A stretch of 64,000 bases of DNA from the human T2T-CHM13v2.0 reference genome, Homo sapiens. The stretch lies in NCBI RefSeq assembly GCF_009914755.1, contig NC_060930.1; one strand, written 5' to 3'. The translations under genes were made by a program, and so were the position numbers. The notes under the pieces were generated by a model, which made no database searches, was not told where the DNA came from, and saw nothing but the letters and a program-made list of their open reading frames with translations. Positions 22,819 through 40,892 of this stretch are shown here, in pieces (within the stretch, counting starts at the first letter, position 1; each line of letters opens with the position of its first letter).

Positions 22819-23634
22819 GTGGGCTAGCTGGCATGCGAGGACTACCCTCACTCAGGCCCCAACCCCTCTACTGTAGGCTTCCCATCTAAGACACATTCCC
22901 AACTCCCAGCCCAGAACCCTTCTGTGCCAGCCATTCCAGGCTGGTCTGGGGGTAGGGTATCCCCAGAACAACTCTGCTTGCAGTGAGTAATTCCTCAATT
23001 TCCAGTTAGGTCCAATCTGAAAGGTATTGCCAGTCCTCTCTGGGGTCCCTCAGCTCCCTACCACCCCTCTACACCCACCCTGAGTTCTCCAACTCTGACT
23101 GAACTCTTGAAAAGAGGCCAGGGTCAGGAATGATGGGGAAGAAGCAGAGTGAACTGTCACCTTCAACTCCTCACCTTATCCGCCGTCCATGACTCCTGTG
23201 TATCCTCACCCTCCCCAGTGTTATGCCCCTCATCCAGCTTTCTGTGTTGTGTCTCAGCATGTGTGTCCCCTCTTTCCCATCACAACTGATACTTCAGTCA
23301 TCCTTGCCTCTTGCCTCTGCTGTTCACCATTCTCAACCTCCCACCCTCAACCTTATAAGCCCCAGTGCCCCCTACCAGCCCCTTCACTAGCCCCAGCCTT
23401 GCCCTGTCCCCCGTTTCCTTTCCGCCTTGTCTCTGGATTCAGTGGTTCAACACCTGTGTCCTCTCTGTGTTCCACTGGCCATCTTCCCCAACCCTGTCCA
23501 TTCAGAGTCTCAGGTCTCAGTCCCTCTCCCTCCCTCTGGCTCTCCCTTCACCAACCCTGTCCCTCACCCCTGTCCCCTTAGTTTCCCCCTTGCCAGCCCC
23601 AGTTCCCACCCCCCTCACAGCCCAGTGTCCCCAG

Positions 23635-23868
23635 GGGAGAAGCCATACGTTTGCACGGTGCCAGGCTGCGGGAAACGCTTCACCGAGTACTCGAGCTTGT
23701 ATAAGCACCACGTGGTGCACACACACTGCAAGCCCTACACCTGCAGCACCTGCGGCAAGACCTACCGGCAGACCTCCACCTTGGCCATGCACAAGCGCAG
23801 TGCCCACGGCGAGCTGGAGGCCACGGAGGAGAGCGAGCAGGCCCTCTATGAGCAGCAGCAACTTGAGG
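23635..23868 (+). CDS. ZNF76: ZNF76 exon 10 (ZF6-ZF7)
   Basis: GEKPYVCTVPGC...HVVHTHCKPYTCSTC...HKRSAH...EQQQLE |gtaagg. Confidence 0.96.
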
Positions 23869-23961
23869 GTAAGGGGAGTGGGCAGAGGGTGAGAGTGGGG
23901 ACAAGCCAGGCCTCCCCATGGCATCTGGTAGCAGATGTCAGCCTTGGCTCTCCTCTCCCAG

Positions 23962-24125
23962 CCGCCTCTGCAGCCGAGGAGAGTCCGCCACCCAAACGAC
24001 CCCGGATAGCTTACCTTTCGGAGGTGAAGGAAGAGAGAGATGACATCCCAGCCCAGGTGGCGATGGTGACTGAAGAAGATGGGGCCCCCCAGGTGGCTCT
24101 GATCACTCAGGATGGTGCCCAGCAG
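23962..24125 (+). CDS. ZNF76: ZNF76 exon 11
   Basis: ctctcccag| AASAAEESPPPKRPRIAYLSEVKEE...QDGAQQ |gtacag; contains basic PKRPR (NLS-like) and VKEE (SUMO consensus). Confidence 0.93.
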
Positions 24126-24831
24126 GTACAGGCCCTGGAGGGCAGAGGTGCCATACTAGCTGGCACTCTCCACTCTCTCTGGGGACTCTGGGAGCCCTGA
24201 AGTTCTGACAGCCCCACTGCCACCCAGCTTCTTGTTTAAGTTTTATAGACTTCAGAGGCTGAGGCTGAGGAGACCACATCTTGCAGCACAGCCTCTCCTC
24301 CTCCTGTGCTTCCAGCTCAGTCTCTGGGGCTTCTAGAGCACAGTTAGTAGTTTCTCTCTTTACTTGGAGGCTGACAGGTCCTGTTCATCTGAACAGGATA
24401 TGGGATGTCCTTCTCAAGAGAGGCATGTTCATATAGCAGCCAGAACATGGTATGGGGTCTGAAAGCCTGGGGTCTGGTCCTACTAGTGTACTAGCTAGCT
24501 ATATAACCTGACCCTTGTCCGTACCCTTGCTAGAAAGTACATCTGTGCTTTCTAGAGTTGTTAGGACACAATCAGGTGGCGACCCTGAGCTGGATACAAC
24601 AGGGCCCAGAGGCAAAGTGGTGATAAATAGAAGTAGTCAGTGGAATTCTTCTAGTGTGGCCTCTCTTTGCAACCTTGGACCCATTTTGTTTGCCTGTCAC
24701 CCATCCCTTCCACCACTATGACATGAAACTAATAAGCTGACCTTGTCTGGGAGAGCAGGTATATCTTCCTTAGGGACTTTCAGACAACCCTCCACTGACA
24801 CTGCCAGCTCATCTTCCCCTCCTGTTGGCAG

Positions 24832-24996
24832 GTCAGCCTGTCCCCGGAAGACCTGCAGGCCCTGGGGAGTGCCATCAGTATGGTCACCCAGCACGGCAGC
24901 ACCACCCTCACCATCCCCAGTCCTGATGCCGACCTGGCCACATCTGGCACACATACAGTCACCATGGTCAGCGCCGATGGCACCCAGACGCAGCCC
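24832..24996 (+). CDS. ZNF76: ZNF76 exon 12 (165-nt symmetric exon, weak donor)
   Basis: VSLSPEDLQALGSAISMVTQHG...SADGTQTQP; donor CCC|gtatga. Confidence 0.9.
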
Positions 24997-25536
24997 GTAT
25001 GACCAGGCGGTTTGCTTGGGGTTTCTTATTTTGTCATTCCTTTCCATGGGGCGGGCATTAAAGTGCAGCCTAAACTAGTCAAGTCTTCTTACCAGGACAA
25101 AGATTCCCCACAAAAGAAGGGGTCTTCCCCACAGTTCCTGGGCCATGAGCAGCTCTTACCTTTAAAAGCAGTTGAATGGAGGTCAAGAGACACTTTCTAA
25201 ATCTCAATTCAACCCTGATTTGTTGTGCAACCTTAGGCAAATCACTTTTCCATGGACTTCTGTCCATTTTCAAGTGAGGGGATTAAAATATCTCTGGAAT
25301 TTTTTACAGCTCTGTCCTTCTGTGATTCAAAATCCCTAAATTAAATTGGGCTCTAAGTTGGGAGGAAACCCAGCCTTACTTAGCTCTGAGCCTCAGGCTA
25401 ATTAATCTGACCCATACGGTTTTATCCATTCTCTTCTGGGTTGTTCCCAGCACCTTAATTGGAGGGATGTTTATTTGGATTGTGGGGAGGGAGAGTATAC
25501 TGCAGGTGGAATGGAAGACCTCCTTTTGTCTTTCAG

Positions 25537-25650
25537 GTCACAATCATTACCTCTGGGGCTGTGGTGGCTGAGGACTCAAGTGTAGCATCTCTTCGTCATC
25601 AACAGGTGGCACTGTTGGCCACAGCCAACGGAACGCACATTGCAGTGCAG
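25537..25650 (+). CDS. ZNF76: ZNF76 exon 13
   Basis: tctttcag| VTIITSGAVV...NGTHIAVQ |gtgagt. Confidence 0.94.
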
Positions 25651-26224
25651 GTGAGTAGAGATCTGGGAGGAAAGGGGATCCCACGGCCAGAGAAGTCAAC
25701 AAGGAATAAAGGGGAATTAGATGAGGATCTTGAAGAGAAGGGCATCTGACTCAAAAAGAGCCCATTTCAGAGGACAGATCCCTTTCCTCCTGCATCCATG
25801 CATCTGTCTCAGGCTCGCTCTTGGCTGAGGCAGAATGTTGAAGCCTCTTCTGGCCTTCAGGATAACTCCGATGGCAGTCCACCTGTGGTCCAAGCCCTTC
25901 ATCATTTTGTGTCTCTGTTTCTTCATCTGGAAATGAAGGAGGCTGACGTAGATGATCACCACGGTTCTCTTCAGCCAGTCCTTCCTCCGTGAGCAAGTGG
26001 GTCTCTCTGACCCTGGCTATTCCAGGGCCCCCTGGCCATGCCTAGCCTAATAGGACTCTTCATCCGTGAACTTCATGTTTATTGGAGCCCTACTAAGTGC
26101 TCAGCGTGTGGCACTGGGTAGATGGGGGAGAGTCAAAAAAAAAAGTAGGCCACATATTACTAACACTGGAATCTAGCAGGGAGGGTCTCACTGTCTCCTT
26201 CCTTCTGCACCCCCTTCCCCACAG

Positions 26225-26329
26225 CTGGAGGAACAGCAGACCTTAGAGGAGGCCATCAATGTGGCCACTGCGGCCATGCAGCAAGGGGCTGTGACCCTGG
26301 AGACAACAGTGTCGGAGAGTGGCTGCTGA
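26225..26329 (+). CDS. ZNF76: ZNF76 exon 14 coding part (stop)
   Basis: ccccacag| LEEQQTLEEAINVATAAMQQGAVTLETTVSESGC*; summed exons give 1713 nt = 570 aa plus stop. Confidence 0.95.
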   Translation: MEEQQTLEEAINVATAAMQQGAVTLETTVSESGC

Positions 26330-27045
26330 GTCCAAGAGGGCTGGGTCCCACACCATGCTGGAGGAAGTGCCATCTGCATGGCCACTCTTGCCCCCAAGGG
26401 CCCAGGCTGTGGCTGACACATAGAAGGTGGCCACATAGGTCTCTGGGGTGAGAAGACAGCAAGAAAACTGCCTAACTGAAGGGAATGGGGGCCCTGCTCA
26501 AGAAGGGGGCCAGGCAGCTGGAATCAGGGGAGTGCATCATCCTCGGGAGCTGACAACAGCCAGGCTACACCAGGGCACCCGCCTCTCAAAATCAGCTGGG
26601 CGCCCACTCTCCTCCTAAAGAACACCCTTCTGGCCCTCAGTCTGTTCCCCTTCTCAGGTAGAGATTGGGGCTGCTATGGGGACTGGCCCTGTAGGGTTGA
26701 GCCACAGACAGCTCTTCAGCCCAGTAGCAGTGGAGCAGGCCCTGTCCTGCCCTCCCAGCAATAACCACCTCCCTGGAGGCCAGCTGAGATGCCTGGCTAC
26801 TTGGCACCAGGGACTTCCTGACACCACAGTCAATTAATTCCTCAGGGGCCTGTGGCTGAAGAAAAGGTGCCCAGCCCCCACCACTCCTCAGCTGCCCCCC
26901 AACCTCTCTATGGCAGAGAGGCAGGGAGTGGCCCTGTACATAGACTGCTGGGGATTGGGTTTGATTTGTTTTGTTTTTTTTAATTCCATTTTGATAATTT
27001 TTTTCCTGCTCTGGGTGGTGGTGGCACATGGATGAATGAGTATTT

Positions 27046-27051
27046 AATAAA
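27046..27051 (+). terminator. ZNF76: ZNF76 polyadenylation signal AATAAA
   Basis: First AATAAA I see after the stop (about 720 nt downstream), preceded by a U-rich tract at 26960-27005. Confidence 0.85.
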
Positions 27052-28619
27052 AGTTCCAAATTTCCACCTGGGTCCCTCCATCCTTTCAGCTCTAGGCCCG
27101 GGTGGCAGGGTTGGTCAAATCAGGCTATCAGCCCTGTCTCCCTGGCACAAACCCCACTCAGCCTTGGTGCCAGAGTGGTGGGGCTGGCCTGCCAGGGACA
27201 CAGGTGGGAAGGAAGCCCAGTATAAGATAAAGCCCTGAGGAGCTGCTGGTGGCTTCTTGCCCACAGCTGAGCAGGTGGGCTCCAGGGTAGCCAAACAGGA
27301 CCAGGGTGACCGCTGCTTCCAGGCTCTGGCTGAATCTCAGGCCTCATGTGATTGAGCTGGGGGAACTCTTTTCCTGCCTTTTCTTGTGAAACGTAGTCAG
27401 AGCCCCTCCAACCCAGCCACCCCCAAATCACACAGTCAGCTTCTCCAAGAGGGCAAAGCCCCAGGTTAGAGTGAGGCTGGGGGACACCTTTGCCAAGGTT
27501 ACTGAGATTCAAGGAGCAGAGTCTGATGCCTCTGGAGCTGAAGTCTTGGCTCTATTACCCAGCTCTGGGGGTGCCCACCTAGGTGCCTAGGACTGTGCTG
27601 TGGGATTTCAAAGCCACAATCAGACCCCACTGAAAAGTGAGTTGGTGAGACCAGATCAGCTCCAGGGGGAAGAAGGGATACAGGGGAAGGCACTTGATGG
27701 GAAGAAGCTCTGGGTTTGACTCTGCCTACACAGGAACATTGCAGGGATTGGTGGTGCCTCTTTTCCTCTCTCTGCTGTGATGGATATGCCCCAACCCCTT
27801 CCTGCCTCCTAGGATTGGAACCCCCTCCTCTGATCCAGGCATCCTCTCCCAGGATGCCTAGAAAGCTCCCATTTACTCTTGCCACCAGCTCCTTGGGAAG
27901 AGAGGGGCGGGGGCGTGCTTCCAGGCAGGAGGTATTCCCAGCACCTTACTTGGAGGGATTTTTATTTGGCTTAGGGGGTAGGGGGAGGTGTCTTAGAATT
28001 GGCCTGAGCAGATGTCTTCAACATCTGTGACCACCATTCCTGGTGTGGGCGTGTCCCAGTCCTTTTGGACACTGGATCTGAAGAAAGGAAGCACTGACAT
28101 GGAGGGCCCTGAATCCCAAGCCTGCTGCTGCTGGGACCCTTAAAGTTGAGGTGCACCACAAGGCTCACCCCCATGTGTTTCAGGAAGTTTCCAGTGTCTT
28201 CAGGGCTACTGGGGCTAGAGTGGGCAGTGCTCTGAGTACCGTTTAGAGCCAGTGCTGAGGGGATAGGGAGCCAGCAAGTCAAGTGCCACATCCTGACCTG
28301 GAGAGGTGCCCTGGCCCATTTCCTTCTCCAGCTTTGTGATGTTGCCTTTGTTTCCTTCCACTTGGATGGAGTCCCACCACCATGGTAATGTTAAGTAGCA
28401 CCAAAAGCTCTACCCAGAGCCTACTATGTGCTTTACGTCCATTCTCAGACATTCTTACAACACGGAGGCATTTTTCCTGCTTTACAAATGAGGAAACTGC
28501 TCAAGGAGGTTAAGTAACTTACCCAAGGCCTCCTATGTTGAACTAGGACTGGACCTTTACTCTGTCTGACCCCAATATCAGGATGAGCTTGCTTTTTCCC
28601 TCAGCAAGCTGCGTCTGGG

Positions 28620-29200
28620 AGCCCTGGAAGGCTCCAGAAGCCTCCGGGTCTGAGGAGGCTTCTAAAAGGGCCTCACATGCCCCGGGAGCCACGTGGATAC
28701 AGAACGAGGGTTCCCGCTCTCGGAGAGTTGGTCCCCAGTTCCCATGCAGGGAGTGGAGCCTCTGAGCACTGCCAGAACAACAGGCAGGGTTCTCGACAGC
28801 ACAGAGCCTCACGCAATGTGCAGGCAGGTGGTGCTCTCGCTCCACCACGGCACCTCTGCGGTCTCTGCAGCCGTTTGCATTTCCTGAAACCGGATCTTAG
28901 TGTCAGAGCCGCCCCCAGCCGGGCGGGCGCCTCAGCCATGGCCCTGCGCAAGGAACTGCTCAAGTCCATCTGGTACGCCTTTACCGCGCTGGACGTGGAG
29001 AAGAGTGGCAAAGTCTCCAAGTCCCAGCTCAAGGTGAGGGGCACCCGGGACCCGGGGGAGGACGGCAGATGCACCACACCAGCCCCTGCCGCCTGGGAGC
29101 CAGGTGTGGACACTGTGCCACTCCAGGGGCACCCAGCCATCCAGCGTCCCGGGCCTGGGGTCGGGGGGCTGGTCCTGGGTAACTGGGCCAACGTAGCCTG
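28620..29200 (+). promoter_or_regulatory. DEF6: DEF6 promoter / CpG-enriched first-exon region
   Basis: Local CpG enrichment, no TATA seen; E-box CACGTG 28690-28695, ETS cores (atttcctg, accggat) about 28879-28895, GC boxes about 28909-28928 just before the ATG. Confidence 0.75.
28938..29033 (+). CDS. DEF6: DEF6 exon 1 (start; EF-hand-like N-terminus)
   Basis: gccATGg; [32 protein letters not shown] |gtgagg; SWAP70-family N-terminus. Confidence 0.96.
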
Positions 29201-31099
29201 GTAGATGCCGCTGCCCACCCTCCAGAGACCTAGTGAAGTGTGTGCAGAAACCTTGCGCAGAACTGGGCCCCACAACTGGAGGCCAGGAGGTTCTGAGGGC
29301 CATTATGGGGTTCTGAGGGCCAGGAGCCAGGCCACATCCCAGACTCTGTGTGATGAGCACACACACCTCCACAGAGTCATGCTTGGGCACGCAGTGTGCT
29401 CTTTCTTGCTGCTTCCTCCTGACTTTCAAGAGAAACAGTTAGCCAGTGCTTGGCAGTCATTTCCTCTGGAGCTGAGAGAGGCATAAAGGGGCCGCCCCCA
29501 GTCCCAAACCTGTCTGGCCTGTCTAACCCTGCCCGCCAGGTGGGACAGAGCTGCGGAGTGGGTGAGGACTGAGGACCCTATTATACTGCTACGCAGCTCA
29601 CCCCCCTATCCACCACACATATCAGGTTGGGAAACTTACCTTAGGCCTTGAGACCTCAGGTAGGGAAGGGGGAGAATCTAAGCCCAGGAAAATCCCAATC
29701 AATGATTGTCCTGAAGTCAATCATCTGGCCTAGACAATTTCTGGGAGGCCAAGGAGTTTTTCTCTCTCTTCCTCTAGTCCTCCAGTAGTGCTGCCTTCCC
29801 TACCCTAGTTAGTGGGGAGGAAGCAAGGCCCTCAGCCACTAGAATCAGCGAACACTGGGGGAAAGGAGCAAGGTAGGCCTCAGCTCTCTAGGACCTGCCA
29901 TAGGGGTGCCTTCGTTCACTCTGCAAGTACTTGAGTGCCCCTCGTGAGGCTCTGTGCCTGGCATGTGGCTAGGCACTAAACTGGTGTCTCCCTGCCCCAT
30001 CCTCCAAAGGAGACGTGTGGTCTCAAGGAAACCTCCATTCTTAATGACCGAGGTAGAGGGTGCTGGATACCTGAGAGATGAATGGGACAGAACAGTTATT
30101 GTGCCCCACCACCGTTCCAACCCCCTACTTTACTGAACTTGGATGTGAGGAACTTGAATATCCCAAACTGGTCCTATGTTAAATTCCTTACCTGGATTTG
30201 TGAGCATCTAATAGATGATTTCACTCCCCCAGGAAGGAGAGCCCACTACTATCTTTTGTCACCTAGGGAGAACCTCCTAACAGGCAGATTCTTCCTTACA
30301 TCCTATTTAAATCTCTTGTATTGCAGATCATGTCATTTGGTTGGGTCCTCAGTATAAATGGAAAAAAGTCGATCATCCAAAATCCATTTCTGCAAACTCT
30401 GTGTCCCACCCCTACCTCCCACCCTGTCCCTTTAATATCTTGCCAGACAATACCAGCCCCCGTGGCTTTTTGCTTCCAGGGTAACATTTTCCACTTCTGT
30501 ATTACCTGTGGCCACTGAGACCTCTCCAGGCTCTCTCTGCCCTTCACATGGAAAGTACAGCCTTTAAGTGGCTCCCCTTTTCCTGGTGCCATCAGCCAGT
30601 AAAGCCTCCTAGCTTGAGCCTCTGTCTTGCCCTCTAAAAGGGCCACTACCCACTCCCTCATCCCCACAGGTTGCGTATTTCTAGGGAAATACTCCATGGA
30701 GAGCTTGCATGCTTGAACTGTCCACTGTCTGTACCTCATCACAGCTCATATTGAACCTACTGCCAGCAACATCTCTGGTCACACAGGATCAATTATAGAG
30801 TTCCCTCCTACTTGACAGAAAACTTGTCAACTCTGGAAACCTGGGCTAACAGTGGGAGTCTCAGGGGCCAAGTGGGGGTGGGGCGGAAATGGCGGGGCTC
30901 CTTTCAAGCCCATAATAGTGAATATTGGAAGAGGAGGAAGTAGTGATAGTGTTGGGGGGCGGGGATTCCAGCAAAGCAAAGGAGTAATAGAGAAGTGGTC
31001 AAAAGGCAAAGGAGGAAGCAGACGAGAGAGTTATACAAGCAGGGCCCACCTCTCCCCAGAAAAGACTTGGGGATGAGGGAAAAGACCTTGGAGTCAATC

Positions 31100-33450
<2,351 letters not shown>

Positions 33451-34549
33451 GTCAATTTAGGAGAGAATTCTTTCTGAAATCATTGCTGGGTGCTTTTATG
33501 GATTCCCAAACCCTGGGGATCCTGAAGGCTGGAAACTACAGAATCAGTTCTTGCTGACTGTTGCCAACATGGACCTGACACCCACACTTGAGTTTTTAGG
33601 ATCCCCAATCCCCACACTTGAGTTTTAGAGGATCCCCCAAGTCCTGAGAGGAGAACTACTCCCCTACATGCCTCCAGAGGAAAGAGTGAATAGATGAAGC
33701 ATCTCAAAGGTCAGTGACTGCCAACTCAGAGGCCAGAGGCTCCCTGGGTTTGTGGAGACTGTGGGAGTCCTCTCTGAGGAAACCCAAATGGCAACTTGTG
33801 AAAAATACACCTGGACCCCACCCCTGGAAACTCTGAGTCAGTAGGTCTGGGCTGGGCGGGCATGTTTCAGTTTCACCAGTTCTCTGGGTGATTGTGGTGC
33901 TCAGCCAGGGCCAGTGCACTGTAGAGATCAAGAGCAGGGCTTTGGAGTCAGACCTTGGGCAAGACGCTTCCTCTCTCTGAGCCTTGATTTCCTCATCTCT
34001 AAAATGAGGATAATGAGAGTCCCCTGATCCAGGGCTGAGGACTGATGGAGATCTGCAAGTGAGCTCCTGCTCACAACTCCTCTGTCACTGCCATTTCCTT
34101 TGCAGCATGACCCCTCCCCTAGTCACACCCTCTCTCCACCCCCAACCCCTACCGCACCCAGGCACAGGAAGCTGACAGTCTGAGGTCGGCCCAGCTCTCT
34201 GGAGAGAGGCCCTGAGTGTCTGGGCATTTAATTCTTCCTTGTCCTACTATCTGACAGCACGCGGGGGTCAGAGTCTCTGCCCTGGGTTCTTCAGGATCCA
34301 ATGGCAAAAGTGCAGGTGAGGTGCAGGTCTTAGGGACAGTACAGGGCGACAGAACTAAGCTCAAATAACTGTGCTGTTATGTGGCAGGTTCTGTCCTGGG
34401 TCGGGGAGGGCATTCATAGGTCCTCTCCTAAGACTCCCTTTTTAGAGAGATGAAAACTGAAGCCCAGTAAGGTTAATATGCTCACTGGGATTTAGTCAAT
34501 CTCTGTCTGGCTTTTGTATTTTGTCTGCTTCTTCCCATGAAGTGTTTAA

Positions 34550-35750
34550 GTTCATTCAAGAGATACTTAATGAGCATCCATTAGGTGCCAGGCCCCGTGA
34601 TACCACAGTGAAAAAAACGCAAATGTTTCTACCCTTGTGGTGCTGACATTCTAGTCAGAGGAGGCAGATAATAAACTAAATGAAATGTACAATATGATGA
34701 AAGATGATACATGACATGGAAGAAAATAAAGCAGAAATGGGTAGGGATCATGGAGGTCAGGCAGGATTGGGTTACAGGTTTAAATAAGGTGATCAGGCCG
34801 GGCAGGGTAGCTCACACCTGTAATCTCAGCACTTTGGGAGGCTGAGGCGGGTGGATCGCTTCAGCCCAGGAATTCAAGACCAACCTGGGCAACATAGTGA
34901 AAGCCCGTCCCTACAAAAGATAGAAAAATTAGGCCCAGCACGGTGGCTCTTGCCTGTAATCCCAGCACTTTGGGAGGCCGAGGCGGGTGGATCACCTAAG
35001 TCAGGGGTTCGAGACCAGCCTGGCCAACATGTTGAAACCCCATCTCTACTAAAAATACAAAAATTAGCTGGATGTTGGTGGCAGGCACCTGTAATCCCAG
35101 CTACTCAGGAGGCTGAGGCAGGAGAATTGCTTGAACCCGGGAGGCAGAGGTTACAGGGAACTGAGATCACACCATTGCACTCCAGCCTGGGCACAAGAGC
35201 AAAACTACATTGCAAAAAAAAAGAAAACACACACACACATATACACACAAAAATTAGCCGGGTGTGATGGCGCACGCCTACAGTTCCAGCTACTCAGGAG
35301 GCTGATATGGGAAGATCACCTGAGCCAGGGCGGTCGAGGCTGCAGTGAGCTGTGATTGTGCCACTACACTTCAGCCTGGGCAACAGAGTGAGACCCAGTC
35401 TCAAAAGATAAGGTGATCAGAGGATATTCCACCTGGTCAGGGAATATATATTCCCTGAGAAGGTGTCATCTAAGTAAAAACAGGGAGGAGGAAAGGGTTT
35501 GAGCCATGCAGTGACCTGGAGAGAAATATTCCAGGCTGCAGGAACAGTAAGTGCAAAGGCCCTTGGGCAAGAATATGCCTGACCTGCTGGAGGAACATTA
35601 AGAAGGCAGAATGGCTGGAGGCAAGTAAACAAGAGGGATGAGGTCAGAGAAGGTGCAGCAGGCCAGGTCACATGGGGCCTGGAGGCCTGTGGAAGGACTC
35701 GAACTTTTACTCTGAAAATTATGGGAAACCATTGGAGCATTTGAGTTAGA
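34550..35750. mobile_element. L2 fragment interrupted by nested Alus (34796-35408)
   Basis: TSD ataaggtgatcag on both sides of an older Alu that carries a second Alu in its linker; L2-like flanks. Confidence 0.75.
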
Positions 35751-36050
35751 CTTTAGGAGTCAGTCAGAAACATTCAGTGAATGGGGGACATTATACTATC
35801 TTTGGAGTCAAGGTTGAGATTAGAGTCATTGCTGCCCTCAAGGAATGTAGAACACCCAGAAATGCTCACACAAACAGTGAACAGCAAAAGAATATTATTA
35901 TAGAGCAACTTAATAGGGCAAATTAATAACTGGGTTAATGGCACCCTTTTTCATCCCTATTGTTTTAAATTTTATCCTAAAGACAATATATTCTCCTGGT
36001 TTAAAAAAAGAAAACACACAGAAGAATATAATGTTAATGAAGAAATTCGG

Positions 36051-39845
<3,795 letters not shown>

Positions 39846-40751
39846 AACAGTTTTAATTAAATAAACCACCTCCTACAGTGACCGGCATATGGTAAGTGTG
39901 CAATAGTAACTAGTGACTTTTTAATCATTTACACTGCTTGTGACAAATGCTATAATAGAATTACCCCAAGGAGATTTTATTTTCACCAGATTTCAGATTT
40001 CAACCCCTTTATTCTAATATCATGGATTTGTTCAACAAACCCACATTTCCCCTGCACACCATTATGACCACTATCCCTTCTAAGCCTTGCCCTCTCCATG
40101 TCATGGACCATTTTTCATGACCCTTCTTTGAGCCCTCTCCTCTCCCAGAGCAGACACGCTTAGGTGATAGGCACACTGCAGCCAGGACACTGAGTCTTTG
40201 ATGGAAACCATGATAAATTGGCAGCTTCTGCCCTGGGGTGGCAGACTAAGTCCCTGCAAACCCTGCAAACTGTCTAGCATTGTGGGAAGCACTTGGGCTT
40301 TGGAATCTGATGGAGATGGATTTGAACTCCAAGCTCTTGTTCAGTGTGGGTCTTTTGGCAAGTTACTGAATCCCTTGAGCCTCAGTCTCCCTGTCTGTAG
40401 AAAGAGGACACCAATACCTAATGAAGTGGCTAAGAGTATAACTGCATGGGTTTGAATTCCAGTTCTGCCAGCTGTGACCTTGGGTGAGAAATATCTCAGG
40501 GCTGCAGGAGTTTTCATTTGTAAAATGGGTATATGAGTAGTTGTTATGGTGGTTAAGCAAATGATATGTAAAGTACTTTAGCTCAGTGCTTGGCACATAG
40601 TATATAAGTTTTAGTTATTACTGAACTGAACAGTGTGTGTAGAGAACTCAGCCAGGATGGGGTGAGGACAAGCAGAGAGGTGGGGAGCAGTCCTCTGGCC
40701 CAGTTTTGGTTGGGGTGCAGAAAGACACACTGCCACTCTACTCTATCCCAG

Positions 40752-40892
40752 GTGCTGTCCCACAACCTGTACACGGTCCTGCACATCCCCCATGACCCCG
40801 TGGCCCTGGAGGAACACTTCCGAGATGATGATGACGGCCCTGTGTCCAGCCAGGGATACATGCCCTACCTCAACAAGTACATCCTGGACAAG
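40752..40892 (+). CDS. DEF6: DEF6 exon 2
   Basis: tatcccag| [16 protein letters not shown]...LNKYILDK |gtgggg. Confidence 0.96.

Noticed and set aside
28300-29300. ZNF143/ZNF76 binding site (SBS) implying ZNF76 regulates its neighbour
   Set aside because: No convincing YYCCCANNATGC or ACTACA match seen by eye; a PWM scan would be needed
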